Origin: an uncultured Thermomicrobiales bacterium
GTDB lineage: Bacteria; Chloroflexota; Chloroflexia; Thermomicrobiales; UBA6265
DNA length: 59,130 bases
Direction: 5' to 3'
NCBI GenBank assembly: GCA_902806325.1
Contig: CADCWE010000229.1
Coordinates: forward strand, 1 to 59,130
In this document: one piece after another, positions 47,492-56,230 of the stretch
Layout: each line of letters opens with the position of its first letter
Position numbering within the stretch: position 1 is the first letter of the stretch
Made by a program: the position numbers and the translations under genes
The notes under the pieces: model-generated
Told to the model about the DNA's origin: nothing
The model's input: the letters and a program-made list of their open reading frames with translations, nothing else
Database searches by the model: none

Positions 47492-47610
47492 CGGATTGGT
47501 GTTCGGGCACGATCGGTCGTGATGCCGGCGGGCAGCCGCGGCAGCCGCGAACCGGGGCCGCCCCCGTCCCCAGCCACCACGATTCAATCGGGAGCCCGAG
47601 CGTCTCCCGG

Positions 47611-48279
47611 CTAGTGGTTCCCTTCGGTGAAGTCGTCCACGAACACGACCGCCATCCGCGCCGGACCCTGGACCCCGACCGTCAGCACCCGCTCGATGTC
47701 GGCGGTGCGGCTGGGGCCGGTGACGAGGGTGGCGTAGGCGCCGCCGGGCCGGAGGGCGAGGTCGCGCAGCACCGGCGCGGCCTCGTCCAGCGAGGGAACC
47801 AGGGCGTCGGTCGGGCAAACGATGAGCTGAGACGCGGCGAGCATCCCGATCGCGCGGTCGGGGAGGGTTGATTCGGCCAGGAGCAAGGAGGCGGTCTCGG
47901 CGATGGCGAGGGAGGCCAGGCTGAGGCCGAGCGGGGCATCGCGGGTTTTGGCCGGGTCGCCGGGCGGGACGGGATCGAGACCGGCGGCGATCAACGCGGC
48001 GATCAGGGCCGGGGCGGCGGCGCGCAACTCGGCGGCGACGAGCGGGCGGGGGGCGCCGACCGCGGCGGCGAAGGCGGCGATGGCGCCGGCGGCGCTGTCC
48101 CAATCCGGGGCGCGATCGACGCGGACGCCGAGGGCGTCGGCGCGGGCGCGGAAGGCGTCGAGGAGGGGATCCGGCGGCGCGGCGGGCGGTGACGCAGCGG
48201 GCGGGGTCGCGGTCACCGGCAGGGGCCCCGCAGCGGGTGTCCGCGATCGGAGCGCGTTGGTCCCTTGAAGGGCGGACAC
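47611..48279 (-). CDS. LUD domain protein (LutC/YkgG-like)
   Basis: AIAETASL, LVTGPSRTADIERVLTVGVQGP. Confidence 0.9.
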   Translation of the reverse strand: MSALQGTNALRSRTPAAGPLPVTATPPAASPPAAPPDPLLDAFRARADALGVRVDRAPDWDSAAGAIAAFAAAVGAPRPLVAAELRAAAPALIAALIAAGLDPVPPGDPAKTRDAPLGLSLASLAIAETASLLLAESTLPDRAIGMLAASQLIVCPTDALVPSLDEAAPVLRDLALRPGGAYATLVTGPSRTADIERVLTVGVQGPARMAVVFVDDFTEGNH

Positions 48280-48344
48280 GGGGGGCCGCCCCTACACGCA
48301 CGGTCTGACACCTCCAACAAGCGCGTCATCGAACCGCCTACCCG

Positions 48345-49955
48345 CTAGAGCATCGCGCCGATGATCCAGGGGTTGAACTCTTCTTCGCCGACGCCGGCGA
48401 TCTCGCTCTTGCTCTGTTTGCCGGAGGCGACGGCCAGGATCTCTTCGAAGATCTCGCGGCCGAGCTCTTCGAGGGGGGCGCCGTCGAGGACCTTGCCGGC
48501 GTTGACGTCCATGTCCGGTTCCTGGGCGGCGTAGAGGGTGGCGTTGGTGGCGATCTTGATCGAGGGGGCCGGTTTGAAGCCGAAGCAGGAGCCGCGGCCG
48601 GTGGTGAAGACGACGATGTTGCACCCGCCGGCGACCTGGCCGGTGACCGCGACCGGGTCGTAGCCGGGCGAGTCCATGTGGACGAAGCCGCGCTCGGTGA
48701 TCCGCTCGGCATAGCCGACGACCTGGGTCAGGGGAGTGTTGCCGGCCTTGGCGATCGCGCCGAGGCTCTTCTCGTAGATCGTGGTCAGGCCGCCGAGTTT
48801 GTTGCCGGGGGCGGGGTTGTTATCAATGCTGGCGCCGAAGGTCGCGGTGTAGCGCTCCCACCAGTGGATGCACTCGACCAGCTTTTCGCCGACCTCGCGG
48901 GAAACGGCGCGCCGGGTCAAGAGGTGCTCGCCGCCGTAGACCTCGGTCGTCTCGCCGAGGACGACGGTGCCACCCTGGCGGACGATCTCGTCGGCGGCGA
49001 GGCCGAGACCGGGGTTGGCGGTGACGCCGGACCAGGCGTCGGAACCGCCGCATTGCAGCGCGACCACCAGTTCCGAGGCTGGGATCGGTTCGCGGACCGC
49101 GTTGTTCGCCTCGGGCAAGAGGCGCTCGACGGCGGCGATGCTCGCTTCGACGGTCTTGGCGAAGCCACCGTCTTGCTGGATGGTCAGAACCAGCGGCCGA
49201 TGCCCGTTGCCGTTGGCGCCCAGGCTGGTCGCTTCGATCATGTCGGTCGGCTGGTTGACCTCGCAGCCGAGGCTGAGGATGACGTAGGCGGCGACGTTCG
49301 GGTGGTCGACGATCCCGGCCATCGTCCGTTGCAGTTGGCCGAGGTCGGACGACCCGTAGTGGGCGCCGCAGCCGCCCTTGGTCGGGAAGGCGATCACTCC
49401 GTCCACGTTCGGGTAGGCGGCCATGATCTCGGGGTTACGAAAATGCTCGACCACCCGTCGGGTGGCGGACGACGAGCAGTTGACGGAGGCCAGGACGGCG
49501 ACGTAGTTGCGGGTGCCGACCCGGCCGTCCTTGCGCCGGAATCCTTGAAAGGTGCGTCGCTCGGACTCCGGCACGTACTCGACCGGGACGTACTCCGAGG
49601 CGTGGGCGTAGTCCAACTCGAGCGTGCCTTCGCCGACGGCCAGATTGTGGCTGTGGACGTGGACGCCGGGCCGCACGTCCTGGGTCGCGAAGCCGATGAT
49701 CTGGCCGTAGCGGCGGATCGGCTCGCCCTCCGGAATGGCGCGCAAGGCGACTTTGTGCCCGGGCGGGATCATCCCTTCGACGCGCACCTCGCCGCCCGCC
49801 GTCCGGAGCACCGTTCGCGGCAGGAGCGGCTGCTTGGCGATCGCAACGTGGTCGTTGGGGTGGAGCAGCACGGCGACGTCGGCGAGTTCCACCGGCTCCT
49901 TGGACGCCTTGGCAAACGGCATCATCGCGTCGGGGCGGGGGGCGGTGGCGGACAT
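48345..49955 (-). CDS. UxaA family sugar-acid dehydratase (SAF plus altronate/galactarate dehydratase)
   Basis: HPNDHVAIA, GHKVA, HVHSHN, GRVGTRN, LQCGGSD, GNKLGGLTTIYEKSLG, FTTGRGS. Confidence 0.93.
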   Translation of the reverse strand: MSATAPRPDAMMPFAKASKEPVELADVAVLLHPNDHVAIAKQPLLPRTVLRTAGGEVRVEGMIPPGHKVALRAIPEGEPIRRYGQIIGFATQDVRPGVHVHSHNLAVGEGTLELDYAHASEYVPVEYVPESERRTFQGFRRKDGRVGTRNYVAVLASVNCSSSATRRVVEHFRNPEIMAAYPNVDGVIAFPTKGGCGAHYGSSDLGQLQRTMAGIVDHPNVAAYVILSLGCEVNQPTDMIEATSLGANGNGHRPLVLTIQQDGGFAKTVEASIAAVERLLPEANNAVREPIPASELVVALQCGGSDAWSGVTANPGLGLAADEIVRQGGTVVLGETTEVYGGEHLLTRRAVSREVGEKLVECIHWWERYTATFGASIDNNPAPGNKLGGLTTIYEKSLGAIAKAGNTPLTQVVGYAERITERGFVHMDSPGYDPVAVTGQVAGGCNIVVFTTGRGSCFGFKPAPSIKIATNATLYAAQEPDMDVNAGKVLDGAPLEELGREIFEEILAVASGKQSKSEIAGVGEEEFNPWIIGAML

Positions 49956-50015
49956 GCGGGAACGCTCCTTCGGTTTCGGGACGCAAACGATGATGGGGGG
50001 ATTGTACCGCCCACG

Positions 50016-50041
50016 GACCCCAGACCCCAGACTCCAGACCC
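50016..50041. repeat. Heptamer tandem repeat (GACCCCA-like, about x3.5)
   Basis: ggaccccagaccccagactccagacc, between the SDR and UxaA genes. Confidence 0.65.
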
Positions 50042-50045
50042 GACG

Positions 50046-50828
50046 TCACCGCGCCGTCAGCCCCCCGTCGATCACCATCTGGGCGCCGGTGACGTAGGCG
50101 GCCTCGTCGGAGGCGAGGTAGAGGGCCAGCGGGGCGATCTCGTCTGGGCGACCCATCCGGCCAAGGGGTTGGCGGGCGTGGAGGGCGGCCCGGGTCTCCT
50201 CCAGCTCGTTGGCGTGGAACCGGTGCAGGTAGGCTTCGACGAACGGGGAGTGGATCGTGCCGGGGCAGATGCAGTTGCAGCGGATGTTCTGATCGACGTA
50301 ATCCATCGCCAGCGATTGGGTCATCGAGATCACGGCGCCTTTGGTCGCGCAGTACGCGAAGCGGCGATTGACGGCGACCATCCCGGCGATCGAGGCGATG
50401 TTGACAACGACGCCGCCCGTCGGCTCCTGGATCAGCATCTGATCCACGCCGGCCAAGGAGCAGTAATAGACGCCGTTGACGTTGACCGCGACCAACCGGT
50501 CGAAGTCCTCCGGCGCCGTCTCGGTCAAGCTGCCGACGTGGCCGATCCCGGCGTTGTTGACCAGGATGTCCAACCGGCCGTGGCGACGGACGGTCTCGGC
50601 GACCGCCGATCGCGCGCTCTCCAGGTCCGCCACGTCGAGGCGCACGGGAAACCCGGTCCCGCCCCCGGCGGCGATCTCCTCCGCGACCGCCGCCGCGCCG
50701 TCCTCGGCGATGTCGGCGACCGCGACGGCGGCCCCCTGCCGGGCGTAGAGCAGCGCGATCTCGCGCCCGATCCCCGATCCCGCGCCGGTCACCAGCGCCG
50801 TTTTGCCGTCCAACCTGAACACGCGCAT
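50046..50828 (-). CDS. SDR family oxidoreductase (UcpA / 2-keto-3-deoxy-sugar-acid dehydrogenase-like)
   Basis: TGAGSGIG, NNAG, YCATK, CPGT, ARQPLGRMG. Confidence 0.9.
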   Translation of the reverse strand: MRVFRLDGKTALVTGAGSGIGREIALLYARQGAAVAVADIAEDGAAAVAEEIAAGGGTGFPVRLDVADLESARSAVAETVRRHGRLDILVNNAGIGHVGSLTETAPEDFDRLVAVNVNGVYYCSLAGVDQMLIQEPTGGVVVNIASIAGMVAVNRRFAYCATKGAVISMTQSLAMDYVDQNIRCNCICPGTIHSPFVEAYLHRFHANELEETRAALHARQPLGRMGRPDEIAPLALYLASDEAAYVTGAQMVIDGGLTAR

Positions 50829-50917
50829 TCCCCCACGCAAACCGGCGGTAAGGGAAGCATTCTAGCGTGGGAGACGCCAGAGGAGGGTCATGGATCGAGA
50901 GGGCGTCGCCCACACCA

Positions 50918-51010
50918 GTCAATCTGAGCGAAGCGAAGAATCTTCTGCCGCAGCAGCGTCGTCCGGTCTTGTCCGACGACGAACGAGGTTCTTCGCTTCG
51001 CTCAGAATCG
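50918..51010. repeat. Palindromic repeat element (REP/MITE-like)
   Basis: Perfect 18-bp inverted repeat TCTGAGCGAAGCGAAGAA (50923-50940) / TTCTTCGCTTCGCTCAGA (50989-51006). Confidence 0.8.
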
Positions 51011-51068
51011 CCCCAAAATGGGTGGACTTATCCAAACGTTGTCCCTAGCAGGCGCACCGTATGCGCCT

Positions 51069-52406
51069 CTACGAGGCGACCAGCAGTTCCGCGGTCAGGC
51101 CGCTGCGCTCGCCCGCGGCGAGGAGGCGGGCGGCGGGGAGACCGGTGGCGGGGACGTGGACGGTCGCCGTGCCGGTTTCGGAGACGGTGACGCGGGTCGG
51201 GGGGGCGGCGTCCGGGGCACGATCCCAGGTCAGCGCCACCGTCTCACGCGGGCCGAAGCCGCTCAGCGCGAGGGCAAGCGGACCGCCAGATAGACCCTGG
51301 TCGGGCGCCAGGGCGAGGGCGGGGGCGACCCCGATGATCACGACGGCAATGCGCTGGCTCTTCGCGCCCTGAACGACGAGGTTGTGGGACCCGCCAGGGG
51401 CGGCGGGGAACGTGAGCCGGGTCGATGTCGGCACGCCGAGGTCGCGGGCGCTCTGGAACGAGGCAATCGGTTCGGACGGGATCACGCCCCAGGCGTCGCG
51501 GCCTTCCCAATAGACATCGATCCGCTCGCCGCGAGCGAAGTGGGCGCAGGTCAGCGTTGTCGCGGCCCCGACGGCTCCGGACGGGTCGTCGAGGGTGCAG
51601 CGGGCCGGTTCCGGCAGGTCGACGATCCGGCCCTGGCGGACGGCGAACGGCGTCGTCGCGACGTTGTTGGCCTCGCGCCCGCCTTCGGCGATCCGGCCGG
51701 CGGGGTCGACCGTGTAGCGGATCGCGTACTCGCCGTCGGGTAGGGGGTGGGCGCCGAGATCGATCCATTGTTCCGGCAGGGCGGCGTGGTAGCTGTCGCC
51801 CCACCCGACCGACATCCCCTGGCGGGTCTGCTCGCAGCCGCGGTAGCCGGCCTTGCTCGGGCCGACACGGGTCACCCGCACGCTGTCGAGGACGCACGAA
51901 CTCATTTTGGCGCCGGCGTGGCGGGTCGTCTGGAACGACCCGTCGGGGGCCTTCTTCAACAGCAGATAGGCGGCGAACCCGTCCAGGTGGTAGTGGTAAT
52001 GATTCGGGTGGTAGACCAGATTGGAGCCGACCGGTATCTGCTGGACCAGGCGACCGCCGGTTTCGGCGTCGTACAGGTTCTGGAAGAGCGACGTGCTGGC
52101 CAACCGGTTGGACGGGTTGATGTTGCCTTCGAGTTCGAGCCGCCCTTCGCCCGGGTTCCAGGCGATGGTGGTGAAGCGCAGCAGGTGGTGCGGCAACCCG
52201 TCGTCCAGCACTTCCCGCGAGAAGAAGAGGTCCGTCGGCGGTTTGGCGACTAGGTCGGGGAACCGGGGGGCGCCGGCTCCGCCGACGCGCGGCATCACCC
52301 CGGAGGCGGCCAACACCCCGCCGAGGAGCACGAACGCCACGGCCAGCCGCGTTCTCGTCGGCCCGCTCCGGCGGCGCAATGAGCGTGGTGTCCCGCCATT
52401 CGTCAT
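51069..52406 (-). CDS. Secreted lysyl oxidase-like protein with C-terminal beta-rich domains
   Basis: N-terminal signal/TM; PDL..LLRF; YHPNHYHYH (Cu site); AKMSSCVLD; QGMSVGWGDSY..QWID; DGEY..VDP..IAE..NN. Confidence 0.85.
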   Translation of the reverse strand: MTNGGTPRSLRRRSGPTRTRLAVAFVLLGGVLAASGVMPRVGGAGAPRFPDLVAKPPTDLFFSREVLDDGLPHHLLRFTTIAWNPGEGRLELEGNINPSNRLASTSLFQNLYDAETGGRLVQQIPVGSNLVYHPNHYHYHLDGFAAYLLLKKAPDGSFQTTRHAGAKMSSCVLDSVRVTRVGPSKAGYRGCEQTRQGMSVGWGDSYHAALPEQWIDLGAHPLPDGEYAIRYTVDPAGRIAEGGREANNVATTPFAVRQGRIVDLPEPARCTLDDPSGAVGAATTLTCAHFARGERIDVYWEGRDAWGVIPSEPIASFQSARDLGVPTSTRLTFPAAPGGSHNLVVQGAKSQRIAVVIIGVAPALALAPDQGLSGGPLALALSGFGPRETVALTWDRAPDAAPPTRVTVSETGTATVHVPATGLPAARLLAAGERSGLTAELLVAS

Positions 52407-52480
52407 GGCGGTAAGGGTACATCACCTTCGGCGCCGTGGCAGGGGTTCCGGCTACGCCACCGCCGCCGCGCCCCGGTCCG

Positions 52481-53377
52481 CTACGGCCGGATCTGGACTT
52501 CCGCCAAGCCGCCGATCTGCGCGATGCTGGACGGGTTGCCGAACTACCATCGGACGTAGCGCGCCGACACCGACGGCCGGATCTCCCGCCACTGTCCGGC
52601 CTGACCGCCGGCGAAGGGTGCCGTCAGCGATGTCCAGGCGACCTGGTCGGTCGGCACCGGGATCCGCATCTCCGGGGCCAACCCGTCGGTTCCAAGAACC
52701 CAGCGAACGGCCCCGATCGGCTTGGTCGCGCCGAGATCGACGTAGACGTAGGCGGCCGTGGGAGGCGTCGAGCACAAATTCGACGCCCAGATCGTCGCCA
52801 GGTTGTTGTCGAAGACGGCGTACGAGGTGCTGGAGTTGGCCAGCCGGCCGCTGCCGGCGATCCGATACGGCACGGGAACGGCGGTCGCCGTCGCGGTCGG
52901 CGGAAATGCGGTCGCGGTGGCCAGCACTCCGGACGGCGTCGGTTCCGCGGTCGCCATTGGCATTGGCGTCGACGTCGATGTCCGCCGCACGCCGGATCTC
53001 CGGGTCGGTGTTTGGGTCGCGACGACCGAGGTCGCGGCGCGGGTGGCGGTGGCGGTGCGGGTGGCGGTGGCGGTCGCCGTCGCGGGTAGGCTGACCGAAA
53101 ACGACACCCGAGCCTGGGCGCCGCTGGTTTGGTCAACCGCCTCAACCGGGTGCGCCCCGCCGGACGACGCCGGGATCAGCGCCAACCCGTCGGCCAGCCA
53201 TTCGCGGGACGGTTACATCCCGTTCGGCGGCAGGGTCCGCAGCTCCGGATAGAGCGCCGGACCGGCGCCGCCGGAGGGCATCGCCCTCGTGCCGAACAAC
53301 CCGATCACCACGAGCACAGCTGCGATCGCCCCGACCCGTCGCATCGCCCAGCCCCTTCTCCGCGCGAGCGCCGACAT
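52481..53377 (-). pseudogene. Degraded paralog of the LOX-like gene: signal, LOX N-terminal stub, Thr-rich linker, F5/8 type C-like domain
   Basis: Single frame from ATG 53377 (AAGGAGG RBS) with internal stops TAA 53213-53215 and TAG 52544-52546; ends ..ARYVRW*FGN..GGLAEVQIRP*. Confidence 0.72.
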
Positions 53378-53722
53378 CCGGCCGCCTCCTTGCGGAGGGC
53401 GGGCCGGGCGGTTGTTTGTTCGACAAGACCACTGTCGGGGCAATTGGGCGGACGTCAAGGAGTGCGAAGTCCACGGCTCGCACGCGGCGAGGACCTTGGT
53501 TGACCGTGTCGGTCATGGAGGCCAATCGGCGATCCTCTCTGGCGTCCTTGCGCGGGGCCGAAGCCCCCCGCCAGGACGGCTCCCAGCGTCACCCACCTGT
53601 CCCCTTGGGCCAGGACGGCGCCGTGGCCACCACGCCACTCCCCGCGCCAGGACGGCGTTCGGGTCCACCGACCGGACTCCGTTTCCACCGCCACGCTCGA
53701 AGATCCGGACGCATCGTCAACC

Positions 53723-54997
53723 TCAACCCGCGTTCGCCCGCGCCCGCCGCGCCCGGACCGACGCCGCCAGGTCCCGCAGCACCGGCACGGTCGTGTCCCA
53801 GCCCATGCAGCCGTCGGTGATGCTTTGGCCGTAGACCAGATGCGTTCTGTCGGTCAAGCGCTGCTGGCCGTCGACCAGAAAGCTCTCCATCAGGACGCCG
53901 ATGATGCCGCGTTGCCCGGCGGCGATCTGCTCCGCGATCGCGGCGGCGACCACCGGTTGGCGACGGTAGTCCTTGGCGCTGTTGCCGTGGCTGGTGTCGA
54001 TCATCAGGCGCGCGGGCAGCCCGGCTTCGGCCAGCGTGGCCAAGGCGGCCTCGACGTGGGCGGCGTCGTAGTTGGGGCCGCCGCTTCCGCCACGGAGGAT
54101 GACGTGGGTGTCGTGGTTGCCGCGGGTGACGACGATCGCGGCCAGGCCCTGCTCGGTGACGCTGAGAAACTGGTGGGGGAACGCCGCCGCCTGCATCGCG
54201 TCGATCGCCACCTGGACATCGCCGCTGGTCGCGTTTTTGAACCCGATCGGCATCGAAAGACCGGAGGCGAGGTTGCGGTGGACCTGGCTCTCGGTGGTCC
54301 GGGCGCCGATCGCGCCCCAGGTCACGGCATCCGTCAGGAATTGGGGCGAGATCGGATCCAAGAACTCGCAACCCGCCGGCAGACCGAGTTCGACCACGTC
54401 CAGCAGCACCCGCCGGGCCAGGCGCAGGCCGTCGTTGACGGCGAAACTCTCGTCGAGATAGGGGTCGTTGATCAGGCCTTTCCAGCCGACGGTGGTGCGC
54501 GGCTTCTCGAAGTAGACCCGCATCACGATCCGCAGGTCCGCGGCCAGTTCACCGGCGAGGCCCGCCAGCCGCCGGGCGTAGTCCAGCGCCGCCACGCCGT
54601 CGTGGACCGAGCATGGACCGACCACCACCAGCAGCCGGTCGTCTTCGCCGCGTAGCACCCGAGCGACCTCGCGCCGCGTCCGCTGCACCGTCTCGGCGGC
54701 GGACGGTGAAAGCGGCAGCTCTTCCATCATCACTTCCGGCGGCACCAGCGGCCGGATCCGGGCGACGCGGAGGTTAGAGGTGCGGGGCGGCTCGTCGGTC
54801 TCCGGTGCCAGGACGCGGGCGACCCCGGGCAGGGCCGCCAACGCGGCGCCGAGGTCCGGTTCGGTCTCGCCCTCGACCGCCACCACGGACCCGCCGCCGC
54901 CGCCGAACAGCGCGCTGCCCAAGCCCGCTTCGGCGATGCGCGCCCGCACCGCCGCCAGCGCGCCGTCGCCCGCCCCATCCTCCATCAAGACCAGCAT
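53723..54997 (-). CDS. aroF: DAHP synthase, class I-alpha barrel with extra N-terminal ferredoxin/ACT-like domain
   Basis: GPCSVHD, RVYFEKPRTTVGWKGLINDP, IGARTTESQVHR, DTSHGNS, YGQSITDGC. Confidence 0.92.
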   Translation of the reverse strand: MLVLMEDGAGDGALAAVRARIAEAGLGSALFGGGGGSVVAVEGETEPDLGAALAALPGVARVLAPETDEPPRTSNLRVARIRPLVPPEVMMEELPLSPSAAETVQRTRREVARVLRGEDDRLLVVVGPCSVHDGVAALDYARRLAGLAGELAADLRIVMRVYFEKPRTTVGWKGLINDPYLDESFAVNDGLRLARRVLLDVVELGLPAGCEFLDPISPQFLTDAVTWGAIGARTTESQVHRNLASGLSMPIGFKNATSGDVQVAIDAMQAAAFPHQFLSVTEQGLAAIVVTRGNHDTHVILRGGSGGPNYDAAHVEAALATLAEAGLPARLMIDTSHGNSAKDYRRQPVVAAAIAEQIAAGQRGIIGVLMESFLVDGQQRLTDRTHLVYGQSITDGCMGWDTTVPVLRDLAASVRARRARANAG

Positions 54998-55068
54998 CGC
55001 CGCGATCCTTCCCCCGGGCGCCGCGGCCGAGCGCGGCGATCCCGACCGAATTCCCCTAGGCTCGCACC

Positions 55069-55095
55069 AAAAAACCAGAGGCCGGGGCCTCTGGT
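55069..55095 (-). terminator. Rho-independent terminator between the GDPD gene and aroF
   Basis: CCAGAGGC-cccg-GCCTCTGG stem followed by TTTTTT on the minus strand. Confidence 0.8.
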
Positions 55096-55135
55096 CGCCG
55101 CTGACCGGCTGCCTGCGCGGTTCGTGGTGGCCATG

Positions 55136-55882
55136 CTAGTGCGGCGATTTGGGGGCGTCAAGCGTCGGCGCGAGCGCGGCCCGGACCGCGACCGGGTCCG
55201 GGGTCATGATGCCGTCCAGTCCTGCGGCGACCGTTTCCGGCGCCGATTCGGGGCGGCGGCAGTTGCCGAACACCAGCAGCCCGCGCCGGTGGGCGTCGTC
55301 GGCCACCGCGCGGTCGATCGTAGCCCACGGCAGGCTGACGCCGCGCGCGCCGACCGCCTCCGCCCGCGCCAGATACACCGCGTGGGCATCCGGCGTGGTG
55401 GCCGGGGCGGTCAGCAACGTGACGCGGACGCCCGGGGCACGTTCGCGTGCGCGCCGGGCCAGAGGGTCACCGGTCAACCAGAGCCAGACGCGATCCTCGG
55501 CGCCGTGTTTGGCCACCACCCGCAGTACCCGGTCAAGTCCGCGCCGGTTGCCGGATTTGAGGTCGAGCGCCAGCAAGAATCCCTCCGGCGCCGCGTCGAG
55601 CGCCTCGCCCAGGGTCGGGATCCGCTCCTGGCCGGCGCCCCGAAGCACCAGACGGCGCAGCAGCCAGAGCGGGAAAAGGCGGATCAAGCCCCGGCCGGTG
55701 GTGGTGCGCTTCAGCCACGGGTCGTGGATCACGACCGGGTCGCCGAATAAGGCGTAGCGGATGTCGATCTCGGCCATCGCGGCCCCGAGCGCCGCCGCGC
55801 CGCGGATCCCGGCCAGGCTGTTCTCCGGCGCGCCGGGGGCGGCGGCGCGGTGGGCAACGATCCAGGGGAGATTGTGCGCCAT
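55136..55882 (-). CDS. Glycerophosphodiester phosphodiesterase family protein
   Basis: IVAHR..PENSL, EIDI, VVIHD..LKRTT, RIPTL.EAL, DGIMT.DP. Confidence 0.88.
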   Translation of the reverse strand: MAHNLPWIVAHRAAAPGAPENSLAGIRGAAALGAAMAEIDIRYALFGDPVVIHDPWLKRTTTGRGLIRLFPLWLLRRLVLRGAGQERIPTLGEALDAAPEGFLLALDLKSGNRRGLDRVLRVVAKHGAEDRVWLWLTGDPLARRARERAPGVRVTLLTAPATTPDAHAVYLARAEAVGARGVSLPWATIDRAVADDAHRRGLLVFGNCRRPESAPETVAAGLDGIMTPDPVAVRAALAPTLDAPKSPH

Positions 55883-56045
55883 CACCGGTCGCGACTCCTC
55901 GTCCTTCCGTGGTCCTTGCGGCAAACGCCCGGGGTTTGTGACCCTTGGATCCGATAGGGCCGCGTCGAACTGGCCGTGACCGGTGCCAGTCCGCCTCGAT
56001 TCCCCGGCCCCACCGGGCTAAGGACTGCTGTCCTACGAACGACCA

Positions 56046-56077
56046 CCCCTCGCCCGGTCGTTAAACCGGGCGAGGGG
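56046..56077. repeat. REP-like 13-bp hairpin
   Basis: CCCCTCGCCCGGT-cgttaa-ACCGGGCGAGGGG; a related imperfect hairpin lies at about 56148-56173. Confidence 0.6.
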
Positions 56078-56230
56078 AGAAGACGATCCAACCGGGTGTC
56101 GGGGACGGGCGTGCTCGGCGCGCCCCGGGCCACGTCGGGGCTTTCGTCCCCTCTCCTCGTCGCGGGAGCGGGGTGGCCGTTGGTCCGGGACGAAGGATCG
56201 CCGGGGCGGCGGCCGATCGGGACCGTCCCC

